Source: Eledone cirrhosa
Lineage: Eukaryota
Direction: 5' to 3'
DNA: 64,000 nt
NCBI GenBank assembly: GCA_964016885.1
Contig: OZ024741.1
Span: 236,158,001 to 236,222,000, forward strand
Numbering within the stretch: position 1 is the first letter of the stretch; every line of letters starts with the position of its first letter. The notes beneath the pieces were generated by a model. It was given only the letters and a program-made list of their open reading frames with translations. It was not told where the DNA came from and did no database searches. Shown here piece after piece: positions 50,165 through 61,768 of the stretch. A program made the position numbers and the translations under genes.

Positions 50165-53100
50165 GTAGCTGTAAGCACTATACAACAGACTATAGTACAG
50201 TTGTGGTGACAGTAGTGTATAACACACTGTAGTACAGTTGTGATGGCAGTACAACACACTGTAGTACAGTTGTGATGACAATACTGTACAAGAGTCTGTG
50301 GTACAGTTGTGCTAACAGTACTATATAACAAACTGTAGTACAGTTGTGACAACAGTACTATACAACACACTGTGGTACAGTTGTGCTAACAGTACTATAT
50401 AACAAACTGTAGTACAGTTGTGACAACAGTACTATACAACACACTGTGGTACAGTTGTGCTAACAGTACTATATAACAAACTGTAGTACAGTTGTGACAA
50501 CAGTACTATACAACACACTGTGGTACAGTTGTGCTAACAGTACTATATAACAAACTGTAGTACAGTTGTGACAACAGTACTATACAACACACTGTGGTAC
50601 AGTTGTGCTAACAGTACTATATAACAAACTGTAGTACAGTTGTGACAACAGTACTATACAACACACTGTGGTACAGTTGTGCTAACAGTACTATATAACA
50701 AACTGTAGTAAAGTTGTGACAACAGTACTATACAACACACTGTGGTACAGTTGTGCTAACAGTACTATATAACAAACTGTAGTACAGTTGTGACAACAGT
50801 ACTATACAACACACTGTGGTACAGTTGTGCTAACAGTACTATATAACAAACTGTAGTACAGTTGTGACAACAGTACTATACAACACACTGTGGTACAGTT
50901 GTGCTAACAGTACTATATAACAAACTGTAGTACAGTTGTGACAACAGTACTATACAACACACTGTGGTACAGTTGTGCTAACAGTACTATATAACAAACT
51001 GTAGTACAGTTGTGACAACAGTACTATACAACACACTGTGGTACAGTTGTGCTAACAGTACTATATAACAAACTGTAGTACAGTTGTGACAACAGTACTA
51101 TACAACACACTGTGGTACAGTTGTGACAACAGTACTATATAACAAACTGTAGTACAGTTGTGACAACAGTACTATACAACACACTGTGGTACAGTTGTGC
51201 TAACAGTACTATATAACAAACTGTAGTACAGTTGTGACAACAGTACTATACAACACACTGTGGTACAGTTGTGCTAACAGTACTATATAACAAACTGTAG
51301 TACAGTTGTGACAACAGTACTATACAACACACTGTGGTACAGTTGTGCTAACAGTACTATATAACAAACTGTAGTACAGTTGTGACAACAGTACTATACA
51401 ACACACTGTGGTACAGTTGTGACAACAGTACTATATAACAAACTGTAGTACAGTTGTGACAACAGTACTATACAACACACTGTGGTACAGTTGTGCTAAC
51501 AGTACTATATAACAAACTGTAGTACAGTTGTGACAACAGTACTATACAACACACTGTGGTACAGTTGTGCTAACAGTACTATATAACAAACTGTAGTACA
51601 GTTGTGACAACAGTACTATACAACACACTGTGGTACAGTTGTGCTAACAGTACTATATAACAAACTGTAGTACAGTTGTGACAACAGTACTATACAACAC
51701 ACTGTGGTACAGTTGTGCTAACAGTACTATATAACAAACTGTAGTACAGTTGTGACAACAGTACTATACAACACACTGTGGTACAGTTGTGCTAACAGTA
51801 CTATATAACAAACTGTAGTACAGTTGTGACAACAGTACTATACAACACACTGTGGTACAGTTGTGCTAACAGTACTATATAACAAACTGTAGTACAGTTG
51901 TGACAACAGTACTATACAACACACTGTGGTACAGTTGTGCTAACAGTACTATATAACAAACTGTAGTACAGTTGTGACAACAGTACTATACAACACACTG
52001 TGGTACAGTTGTGCTAACAGTACTATATAACAAACTGTAGTACAGTTGTGACAACAGTACTATACAACACACTGTGGTACAGTTGTGCTAACAGTACTAT
52101 ATAACAAACTGTAGTACAGTTGTGACAACAGTACTATACAACACACTGTGGTACAGTTGTGCTAACAGTACTATATAACAAACTGTAGTACAGTTGTGAC
52201 AACAGTACTATACAACACACTGTGGTACAGTTGTGACAACAGTACTATATAACAAACTGTAGTACAGTTGTGACAACAGTACTATACAACACACTGTGGT
52301 ACAGTTGTGCTAACAGTACTATATAACAAACTGTAGTACAGTTGTGACAACAGTACTATACAACACACTGTGGTACAGTTGTGCTAACAGTACTATATAA
52401 CAAACTGTAGTACAGTTGTGACAACAGTACTATACAACACACTGTGGTACAGTTGTGCTAACAGTACTATATAACAAACTGTAGTACAGTTGTGACAACA
52501 GTACTATACAACACACTGTGGTACAGTTGTGACAACAGTACTATATAACAAACTGTAGTACAGTTGTGACAACAGTACTATACAACACACTGTGGTACAG
52601 TTGTGCTAACAGTACTATATAACAAACTGTAGTACAGTTGTGACAACAGTACTATACAACACACTGTGGTACAGTTGTGCTAACAGTACTATATAACAAA
52701 CTGTAGTACAGTTGTGACAACAGTACTATACAACACACTGTGGTACAGTTGTGCTAACAGTACTATATAACAAACTGTAGTACAGTTGTGACAACAGTAC
52801 TATACAACACACTGTGGTACAGTTGTGCTAACAGTACTATATAACAAACTGTAGTACAGTTGTGACAACAGTACTATACAACACACTGTGGTACAGTTGT
52901 GACAACAGTACTATATAACAAACTGTAGTACAGTTGTGACAACAGTACTATACAACACACTGTGGTACAGTTGTGCTAACAGTACTATATAACAAACTGT
53001 AGTACAGTTGTGACAACAGTACTATACAACAAACTGTAGTACAGTTGTGACGACAGTACTATATAACAAACTGTAGTACAGTTGTGACAACAGTACTATA

Positions 53101-53365
53101 CAACACACTGTGGTACAGTTGTGCTAACAGTACTATATAACAAACTGTAGTACAGTTGTGACAACAGTACTATACAACAAACTGTAGTACAGTTGTGACG
53201 ACAGTACTATATAACAAACTGTAGTACAGTTGTGACAACAGTACTATACAACACACTGTGGTACAGTTGTGCTAACAGTACTATACAACAAACTGTAGTA
53301 CAGTTGTGACGACAGTACTATACAACACACTGTAGTATACAATTGAGATGACAGTTCTACAACAC
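50165..53365. repeat. Tandem satellite: 37-bp monomers A and B alternating as a 74-bp unit, about 43 units
   Basis: A=AGTACTATATAACAAACTGTAGTACAGTTGTGACAAC; B=AGTACTATACAACACACTGTGGTACAGTTGTGCTAAC. The edges are degenerate. Confidence 0.97.
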
Positions 53366-54153
53366 AAACAGCTAACTATTGATGATATAACAAATTATAT
53401 GTAAATTGTATGTGAATAGTTCTCTTCTGCAACAGATCTTTAGAGAGAGTATTGTTGTGATGTAAAAGATGGATGGCATTGAAGATGAAGTGAGTGCATT
53501 CATGGTATAAAATATTGAAATATTGGACCAGGAGTATTGAAGAAGATGGTAGGGTGTTTATGGGGAAACAAATTTTTAATGTATGTCTCTGTCGTTATTA
53601 ATCTAATAGATTTTCACATACACATAGCTGATAATAATCAACTGCTCTTTTATATATACATGACATTCATACACATGTATATACGTATTGTATGTTTTTA
53701 ATTTTTTTTAAATGTGTGTGTATGTATATATATAAATATATATAAGCATGTATGCATGTGTGTATATAAGAGTACGTATATCTTTATATGTGTGTATGTT
53801 GCATATATCTGAGATCTAATACCAAATCCCTACATGGGAGGGCAAAGTTTATAAAATATGTCTACAATCTTGGTCATTGTTTGACCAACCTCAGAAAGCC
53901 AGCCATTCTCTTTTGACTTGGTCCAGGCTGGACTAACTGGGATTAGAATTCACTCATTTGAATCCAGCACTTCAGTAGCTGCTATAGTTGGATGGCAATG
54001 AAATCATTTCACAACTTGTAGTAACCGTTTTTGTTGTTCTTGGTGATTACAATTGCTCATGAAAATCCATTCCTTTTCCACAATTTCCTTGTAACAAGAC
54101 TTTCAATGTTGTGTTGTGAGGAGCTCAGTACCATGATCTATGGAACTACAGGC

Positions 54154-56493
54154 TTACAGCTGCCACAGGTACGTGCTCATTGGTGGAAACTCTTCAATTG
54201 TTTTACTGTTGGAATTAACGGACACTTTGTGAGGTTTATTGCTTGGCTGGGTACCATTGTGGGTTTTCTTGTGTCTCTGCAGAGTGTCACCTCGAGTGAA
54301 CTGTTTAGGACACATGTCACAGTGATAAGCTTTTTCCCCACTGTGTGTTATCTTGTGCAGCCGCAGGTATTGTCTTTGAGCAAAAGACTTGAAGCATATC
54401 TCACACTGGTATGGTTTTTCGCCAGTGTGTGTCCGACAATGGATCTTCAGGGAATTTTTCTGAGCAAACTGCTTAAGGCAGAAGTCACATTGAAATGGTT
54501 TTTCTCCAGTGTGGGTTCTTTTATGCAATCGTAGGTAATGTTTGTGAGCAAAGTTCTTGAGACAAACATCACACTGAAATGGTTTCTCTCCTGTGTGTGT
54601 TCTCTTGTGTATCTGTAATGTGTTTCTCTGAGCAAACTGTTTGAAACAAACTTCACATTGGTACGGTTTCTCTCCGGTGTGAGACCTCTCGTGGACATGA
54701 AGATAGTGTCGCTGTGCAAACATCTTTAAACAAATGTCACACTGATACTGCCGCTTTGGAGCATGAGTGCGACGATGGACTCTCAGCTTGTCACTCTGAG
54801 CGAACCTTTTATCACAAATCTCACAATGGAATGGCTTTTCGCCTGTGTGAGTTCTGCGGTGAATTTGAAGGGTTGTTTTGCGAGCAAATTTCTGGATACA
54901 AAAATCACATTGGAATGGTTTCTCGCCAGTGTGAGTTCGTCTATGAATGATTAAGTAATGTTTCTGTGTAAACTTTTTCAAGCATATGTCACAGTGCATT
55001 AGTTTCTCACCGGTGTGCAGTCGTCGATGGATCTGAAGATAATATCTTTGGGCAAAGTGCTTCAGACAAAATTCACATTGGTGTCGTTTCTTCAAAATAT
55101 GTGTCTTTTGATGAATTTGAAGTTTTATTCGCTGTGAAAATCTTTCTTGACAAACTTCACATTGGAATGGCATCTCGCCAGTATGGGTGCGTCGGTGGAT
55201 CTGAAGTGTGTCCCTTCGAGCAAATTTTTGGATACAGAAGTCACACTGAAATGGTTTCTCTCCAGTGTGTGTTCTCTTATGAATTTCAAGATAATTCCTT
55301 GTACCAAAATACTTCATGCATACATCACATTGAAATAGCTTATCAGGTGTGAATTGTTTTTTGACCATTTGAGAATTTTCTTGCATAGGAACTTGGTAGC
55401 TGTTTCCAAGAACTTTGGGGGATTGGACAAGACCCTCCATATGATTTTTCTTATGTCTTTTCATAACATCCTTTCTTGAGAACTGCTTGTTACAGATGTC
55501 ACACTGAAATGGCTTTTCACCAGTGTGCTTCCTTCGGTGCATGTGCATCAAATATTCCTGAGCAAACTTCTTGCCGCAGTAATCGCAGAAGAGCTGCCTT
55601 AATACTTGGGGTTTGGTTTGGCTTGGCGACAATTTGTTCGGGCTATATTGTTTTTGAGACACTTCACCATGGAATGATTTATCAACACTAGATGTGGAGC
55701 TCTTCTGTGATGAACTCTCTTTAGATAACTGTCCACTCTCCAAGTTTGACTGCATTCTCTCAGTAGTTGGTAAGTAACATGGCTGAGAATATTGACTGCT
55801 GTACATATTGTTACCAGGGAACACTGTCTGACCAATGTAGGGTAGTCTCTGGCTATCTATAGTTGATTCATGTGAGAACTGGGTCCCAGGCAGGTCACTG
55901 TTGCTACTGTTGTCTGGTTTGTCAACTGGTGATGCTATTCTCTCTTTCTCCAAGTTATGTCTATGAGAAGAGATCTGTTTACTAGAGATGCTGTTGTGAA
56001 TATTTTTCTCAGGAACATGCGACATTCTTGGAGTCTCCTGGCAGCTTCCATGTGACATATGTTTACCTGAACTATGGGAAGATTTCTCAGCTACATGAAC
56101 AATCCTGTGTGTGTCATGGGAGTACTGCTTTCCAGAGTCACTGCTGCTATTATGGATAGATTTCTCACTGGGTTCTAACATTCTTTGTGAGCTGTGTGAA
56201 TGGGAAGAACTATGTCGATGATGAATGTGCTTTCCAGAGCTGTTGCTATGGTGATGACTGGATTTTTCTGCAATGGGTGTCATCCTTTGCTGTGAATGAG
56301 AGCTCTGTGAACTATGAATGGGAAATTGCTTGCCTCCCAATGGAGCCATCCTCTGAGTATCAATAGCATGTTCCTGGCCAAAATGCTTACCAGAGAAGTC
56401 ACTAAGAGCTGGCATCCTTGGTGTTGGAAGTCTGTGATGGAATGGCATGCCATACATTTCACTATAGATTGGAATCCCGGCAGACCTTTCCAT
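54154..56493 (-). CDS. C2H2 zinc-finger protein (ZNF-3), about 779 aa; 15 fingers and a Ser/His-rich repetitive N-terminus
   Basis: 15 CxxC-x12-HxxxH motifs were counted. The ORF-track start at 56517 is a TTG directly after an in-frame TAG, so the first ATG at 56493 (MERSAG...) is used. Confidence 0.95.
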   Translation of the reverse strand: MERSAGIPIYSEMYGMPFHHRLPTPRMPALSDFSGKHFGQEHAIDTQRMAPLGGKQFPIHSSQSSHSQQRMTPIAEKSSHHHSNSSGKHIHHRHSSSHSHSSQRMLEPSEKSIHNSSSDSGKQYSHDTHRIVHVAEKSSHSSGKHMSHGSCQETPRMSHVPEKNIHNSISSKQISSHRHNLEKERIASPVDKPDNSSNSDLPGTQFSHESTIDSQRLPYIGQTVFPGNNMYSSQYSQPCYLPTTERMQSNLESGQLSKESSSQKSSTSSVDKSFHGEVSQKQYSPNKLSPSQTKPQVLRQLFCDYCGKKFAQEYLMHMHRRKHTGEKPFQCDICNKQFSRKDVMKRHKKNHMEGLVQSPKVLGNSYQVPMQENSQMVKKQFTPDKLFQCDVCMKYFGTRNYLEIHKRTHTGEKPFQCDFCIQKFARRDTLQIHRRTHTGEMPFQCEVCQERFSQRIKLQIHQKTHILKKRHQCEFCLKHFAQRYYLQIHRRLHTGEKLMHCDICLKKFTQKHYLIIHRRTHTGEKPFQCDFCIQKFARKTTLQIHRRTHTGEKPFHCEICDKRFAQSDKLRVHRRTHAPKRQYQCDICLKMFAQRHYLHVHERSHTGEKPYQCEVCFKQFAQRNTLQIHKRTHTGEKPFQCDVCLKNFAHKHYLRLHKRTHTGEKPFQCDFCLKQFAQKNSLKIHCRTHTGEKPYQCEICFKSFAQRQYLRLHKITHSGEKAYHCDMCPKQFTRGDTLQRHKKTHNGTQPSNKPHKVSVNSNSKTIEEFPPMSTYLWQL

Positions 56494-56587
56494 GTTGATA
56501 ATGAAAGCATGAAACAACTAGAAGAACCTTAAAGAATGTTGCTTTAACTTGCTGATTGTCTTGTCACAAAACAGGTCACAGTACACT

Positions 56588-56615
56588 CTGAAATAGCAAA
56601 AAAATAAAACACTAT
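56588..56615 (-). promoter_or_regulatory. Splice acceptor opening the ZNF-3 coding exon (exon starts 56587)
   Basis: The minus strand has a T-rich tract followed by gctatttcag|agtgtac, 94 nt upstream of the ATG. Confidence 0.65.
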
Positions 56616-57553
56616 ACATACATGTAAGAATAGATATTTAATACAGTTAAGATAGTATTGTAGTTTGCAGGAAGCATTATGAAAAGTGTAGAAAATAATA
56701 TTTTTTGAGAGGGCTACAATACGAATAGAACATTAAATGTTAAAAATAATAAAGTTCTTGAAATGTTATCTAAGAAGAGTTTAATTAGTCCTTAAAATTA
56801 CAGGATAAAATCCCTTTGTCAAAAGAAAATTTAGGGAAACTAATTCGGGGCAGGTTGAATACCTTGTGTTTGTATGCTGGCATTTTTTAATCTGATTCAT
56901 AACATCCTGTCATTATCATTATCACTGTTTAACATCCATTTTCCATGCTAGCATGGGTTAGACAAATTGTCTAATTTGAGGTAAGTTAGATCAGGGGACC
57001 GTGTCTTGCTCATACAGAACTGTTTCTGGCTTGGCTCGATGGCCTTCCTAATATCAACCATATTTGTATTAAGAATGGCATCCAGTGTGGACTGGGTGCT
57101 TTTTATCATGGACTAGAACACCTTTGACTATTAATCTGGTGGATCAGGGTTGACCTTGGTCTAAACAAAAAACCCTCACCACTACTAACATTAGATATAT
57201 ACTATGTCTGAATAAAAAATTGGATGGTCTTGATGGAACACCTTTGACAATAGATTTGCTTGATCAGGGCTGACCAAGGTCTAAACAACAACTTGTCTCA
57301 GTTCATCTAGCTCTAAGGAGTAGGTATTATGTACCAGAACACTTCCAGAGATTAGACGTTCAAAGATTCTTATTGTATTTAAACATTAATGGTTCGTGTC
57401 TGGAAGAGCATCCAGCTGTACAAAAACTGTTGCCTCAAAACGTCTGGTCTGATGCATGCGAGGATGAAGAAACAAACGTAAAACTGATGATGATGATACC
57501 ACTTAGTTCAATGTATGTGTTGGAGACAATCACAAATAACTTGGCATTCTTAC

Positions 57554-57718
57554 CAAGCTGTTCCACAAATACTTCAACAGGTCTTGCATTTTGCTGGTAT
57601 TTCTTGAACATGAGAGTAGCTGTGATTGGTCAGTACCAGCTATTATTAATTGGCATTTGTAAAGCATTGTTGTCATTTACTGTATCAAGCTAATTCTTCC
57701 AAGTATAAGCCACTGCAA
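57554..57718 (-). other. Candidate 5'UTR exon of ZNF-3
   Basis: Donor TTG|GTAAGA with the intron starting at 57553. The acceptor (cttcag or ttgcag) is weaker, so the 5' boundary is uncertain. Confidence 0.35.
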
Positions 57719-58153
57719 CTGAAGTTGTGTTACTGAGTGATAAGAGTGGGGTGGGGTATATCATCATCATCATCATATATATATAATATCTTCCCTTTGG
57801 TATTCATTGTTGTTGTTATCTATAGTAAATGGCATACATGTAAACATTTTCATTCATGGTGTTTCCCTCTAATATTGTAATTAAGACCACACTAACGAGA
57901 AGAATTTATTTCTCCCATTATTGAGTATATAGAGACTACTTCAAAGTTTTTTGACTTGTGTTGCCTAAGTGCAATTAGAACTCCAGTGTACTACTCTAGA
58001 TATATATATGTAAATGATGAAGTTGTGTTAGTGAGTGATGACAGCAGGGTATATATATGGTAGAGTGGACACTTTAGTTGTGTAAAAGACATGATAAAAT
58101 GAACAGTACACTCAGTAAAGTGCAGGAACATATGCAAGCAAAAGATAGCCACC

Positions 58154-58574
58154 AACCCATCTGAGAGATCAGTGGCTCTGATTAAGCAATGACTTGGTCT
58201 ATGACAACCCATCTGAGAGATCAGTGGCTCTGATTAAGCAATGACTTGGTCTATGACAACCCATCTGAGAGATCAGTGGCTCTGATTAAGCAATGACTTG
58301 GTCTATGACAACCCATCTGAGAGATCAGTGGCTCTGATTAAGCAATGACTTGGTCTATGACAACCCATCTGAGAGATCAGTGGCTCTGATTAAGCAATGA
58401 CTTGGTCTATGACAACCCATCTGAGAGATCAGTGGCTCTGATTAAGCAATGACTTGGTCTATGACAACCCATCTGAGAGATCAGTGGCTCTGATTAAGCA
58501 ATGACTTGGTCTATGACAACCCATCTGAGAGATCAGTGGCTCTGATTAAGCAATGACTTGGTCTATGACAACCC
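58154..58574. repeat. 52-bp minisatellite, 8 apparently identical copies
   Basis: Unit AACCCATCTGAGAGATCAGTGGCTCTGATTAAGCAATGACTTGGTCTATGAC. Confidence 0.95.
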
Positions 58575-60597
58575 GTCCAACCGGGAAAGTGGACATTAAA
58601 TGAGGATGATACCCATTAATAATAGAAGATAGAAGATAGACAATGATGATGATGATGATGATGTACATATTGTATCTTTATTAGAGCCATTCCAATAATG
58701 GGATACAATATTAATACTCAGCTGCTGGGTTCATGCTGTACATTATACATTGAGTTCTTTTTAAATACAGTATTATGCCTACCAATGTGTGTGTGTGTAA
58801 ATATAAACTATATCTAGACACCATGTATTAATACAGACTATCATAATTTTCCATCTGTTTGTCCAGCATACCACCTCAACACATGTTGCTGCCACATCTT
58901 GGTTCTTCTAGTTTTAAGAGTTTAGGGAGATTTTGCTGATATTTCTAGCAGGTTCCTCGACTCTGAAGAAGACTCGTCATGACTAAATGTCTTGGAGGTA
59001 TTTTGTTGTCCGTTTATATTCAGAGTTCAAATCCAGCCAGGATCAACTTTGCCATTCTAGGGTTGAGAAAATAAACTACCAGGTATGTACTGGGGTTGAT
59101 ATAATCAACATGAACTCAAGCCAGCAAAATATGGAGCTTTGTGTCACATGTCACATACATGGCCACCTGAAATATGAAGATATTAGGAATAAGCTGATCC
59201 TTTGCTCAGTTGCTATTTAGCAGTTTTGCACCAAGTGTGCTCATTCAGGCATTAACCCTTTTGTTCCAATATTTCTAATATTTGAATTAATTAATCAAGA
59301 ATTGAAAGGGATTTACTAAAATTATTCATTCAGTCATTATTAAGATGATATTTGTAATGTAACGTATCAAAAGGTTCTTATATCAAATGTTGGAAGACTA
59401 GAATTTAAATAGGAACCCTTTAAAATGGGTGGCTTTGAGTGTGTTGGTATTAAAGGTGTTAAGATAAATGACTGTATTGATAAGGCATCGCTTGTGTTGA
59501 TTTTTATTGCAATTATGATTTGTTCACTTTCAAGCTTTGAGAAATCAATACAACTGATATGAACCACAGATTGAGCCCACATGGTGCAAAATCACCTAAG
59601 TAACATCACAGTGAATCATCAACTGGTTCCATATAAATATACATTCTACACTATGTACTGAGTATTCTTTCTTCTGTCTGTAAATCAAATTGTGTATGTG
59701 TGTGTAATGTTTACTCTCCCTTTCCAGTGCCACAATAAAATGCACCCAGTATATGCTGTAAAGTGGTTGGCATTATGAAGGACATTCAGATGCAGAAACT
59801 ATGCTAAAATGGAAGGTATGTGCAAGATATAGTCATCTGACCTGTCTTGTCTCAGAATATGACAACCATGTCAAACCCATGCCAACATGGAAAAGTAGAT
59901 ATAAAACAGTTATCATGATAATATAATCACCATCATTTAATGTTCACTTTTCTATGCAAGTATAGGTTAGCAGTCCAAACAATATATATAAATAATTTAT
60001 TTCAAATGGAAATGACTTCAGTCAGTTGAAAAATCATCTGAAATAAATTATGTACCTTCTTTATTTAATGTACTGAGTATCATATTTAACTGTTGATCTT
60101 TTCCATTTACTATGAATAAACAATTTTATATACATAAATAAGACTGTTATTGTTCCAATCAGTCCCCCAGAACCCTAAACCAAAAGCCAACCTGTACTCA
60201 TAACTCCCGCCAAATCAAACTGTACTCACTCTCCAAATTCTGCAAATCAAATGCGAACCACCCATCTTTCTAATCTCAGCATATGTAACCAGGCTGCAAC
60301 AGCCACCAAATAGGGGAGACAGATGTTATCAAGTTGCAACTGTCATATTACATAGTTTCTATATAATAAAACTAAAGCAATTATTATCTACTGTGACTAT
60401 GACCCCATTATACAATAGGCCGTGCTCCACCTCCTCTTGTTGTGTTCTATTGTCATCTTCCAAGAGATGGCAAAATGAACAGACCTGCTTTTTCTTGAAG
60501 AAATTTTTTTTTATTTCTATCTCTACTCACTCTCCTTTATCTTTCTATTACTTCATAAAATTTCTCATTTAAAGCATGGAAATGCAGATGTAAAATG

Positions 60598-60778
60598 ATA
60601 ATTGTTTCTACTTTTGGCACAAGGCCAGCAATTACCCAGTACATTACTGGTACTTCATTTTATCGACCCCGTAAAGATGAAAGGCAAAGTTAACCTCGGC
60701 GGGATTTGAAATCAGATCATAAAGGGCCGTAACTATATGCTGCAAAGCATGGCGTCTGACCCTCTACCGATACTGCTA
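60598..60778 (-). mobile_element. SINE, same family; further decayed copies at about 26790-26990, 47720-47865, 58990-59130 and 61955-62590
   Basis: Family match. Confidence 0.8.
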
Positions 60779-60843
60779 AAAAAGGTAGGCATCAGGAAAG
60801 ATATCTGACCATATTTATATTTATATATATATATATGAAAGGG

Positions 60844-61150
60844 AAAGTGTCTTGCTCAAGGAAACAACACATCTCAGACCGGGTGATGTGTTGTTTCCTT
60901 GAGCAAGACACTTTATTTCACATTGCTCCAGTTTACTCAGCTGTAGAAATGAGATGATAGGGACTGGGGTCCAAATCATATCCACTGCAAAGTGGTCGTG
61001 CAGGTGCCACGGCAAAAAAGCACCCAGCACTCACTGTAAATGAAGTTGGTGTTAGGAAGGGCATCCAGCTGTAGAAATCAAGCCAAAATCAGTTCCCGTC
61101 CCACCCTTGCAAGCAGGGAAAAAGCGGACGTAAAATGAAATGATGATGAT
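60844..61150 (+). mobile_element. SINE with a V-domain-like core and an RTE-derived 3' tail; related copies at about 11330-11465, 11712-11990 and 15500-15725
   Basis: Core TGTTGTTTCCTTGAGCAAGACACTT...TTGCTCC. The 3' part matches the RTE 3'UTRs in this window and ends in (GAT)n. Confidence 0.7.
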
Positions 61151-61165
61151 ATATAATGAACTGAC

Positions 61166-61399
61166 CTGTAAAAGCAATGTCCACGTTGACATGCTCCAGG
61201 GAAGAAAAACTTTCAAGCAGTTCTCTGTGTCCGTCTCTGTCTCTCTCAACCCCAGAGCACAACACCAGCAACACACACCGTGGGTGAGAATCTGAAGAGG
61301 GGGTACCAGTTGATGGTAATGACACTATAATAGTGCTGTACCTGTTATAGTCAAAGGTCTCTGCCAATGTGAAGAGCTGCTGCTTCCTCTGGTAAAAAC
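61166..61399 (-). other. Candidate internal exon (234 nt), probably a leader exon of ZNF-3
   Basis: Acceptor tattttgtag|G and donor CAG|GTCAGT. The sequence is non-repetitive, more GC-rich than its flanks, and open in one frame. Confidence 0.6.
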
Positions 61400-61560
61400 C
61401 TACAAAATAGCAATAAAAAAATATTAAATAGAAAGAATTTCAGGTAAACAAATTAAATTGAAAAGAAAAAAAATATATATCTTTTTTTACATTTTTACAT
61501 AGGGACGAGGCCAGAAAATGTTGTACGTAGGTGGGTGTTGGAAACACTCAACTATATTAA

Positions 61561-61768
61561 CCCTTTAGCATTTACATTACTCTATATTTACTATTGTATT
61601 TTTGTGGTAAACACTTTATCTCACATAATATTGAATCTATGAGATTTTGATATTAATTATTTTGAGAACAATACCTTAACATAAGTATAAGCAGTTGGTT
61701 ATGGTTGGTTTGAACAGAAAGAGGTGAGAGAATTCTGGCCAGATATGGCCGGTTTAAAGGCTAAAGGG
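61561..61768. mobile_element. piggyBac-type MITE; decayed relative at about 59256-59460
   Basis: TTAA|CCCTTTAGC ... GCTAAAGGG|TTAA. Confidence 0.7.

Noticed and set aside
50165-53365. CRISPR-like array of 37-bp palindromic repeats
   Set aside because: There are no unique spacers and no cas genes, and the context is eukaryotic. It is a tandem satellite.
56494-56517. N-terminal extension MFHAFIIN of ZNF-3
   Set aside because: The ORF-track start is TTG, and the first ATG is at 56493.
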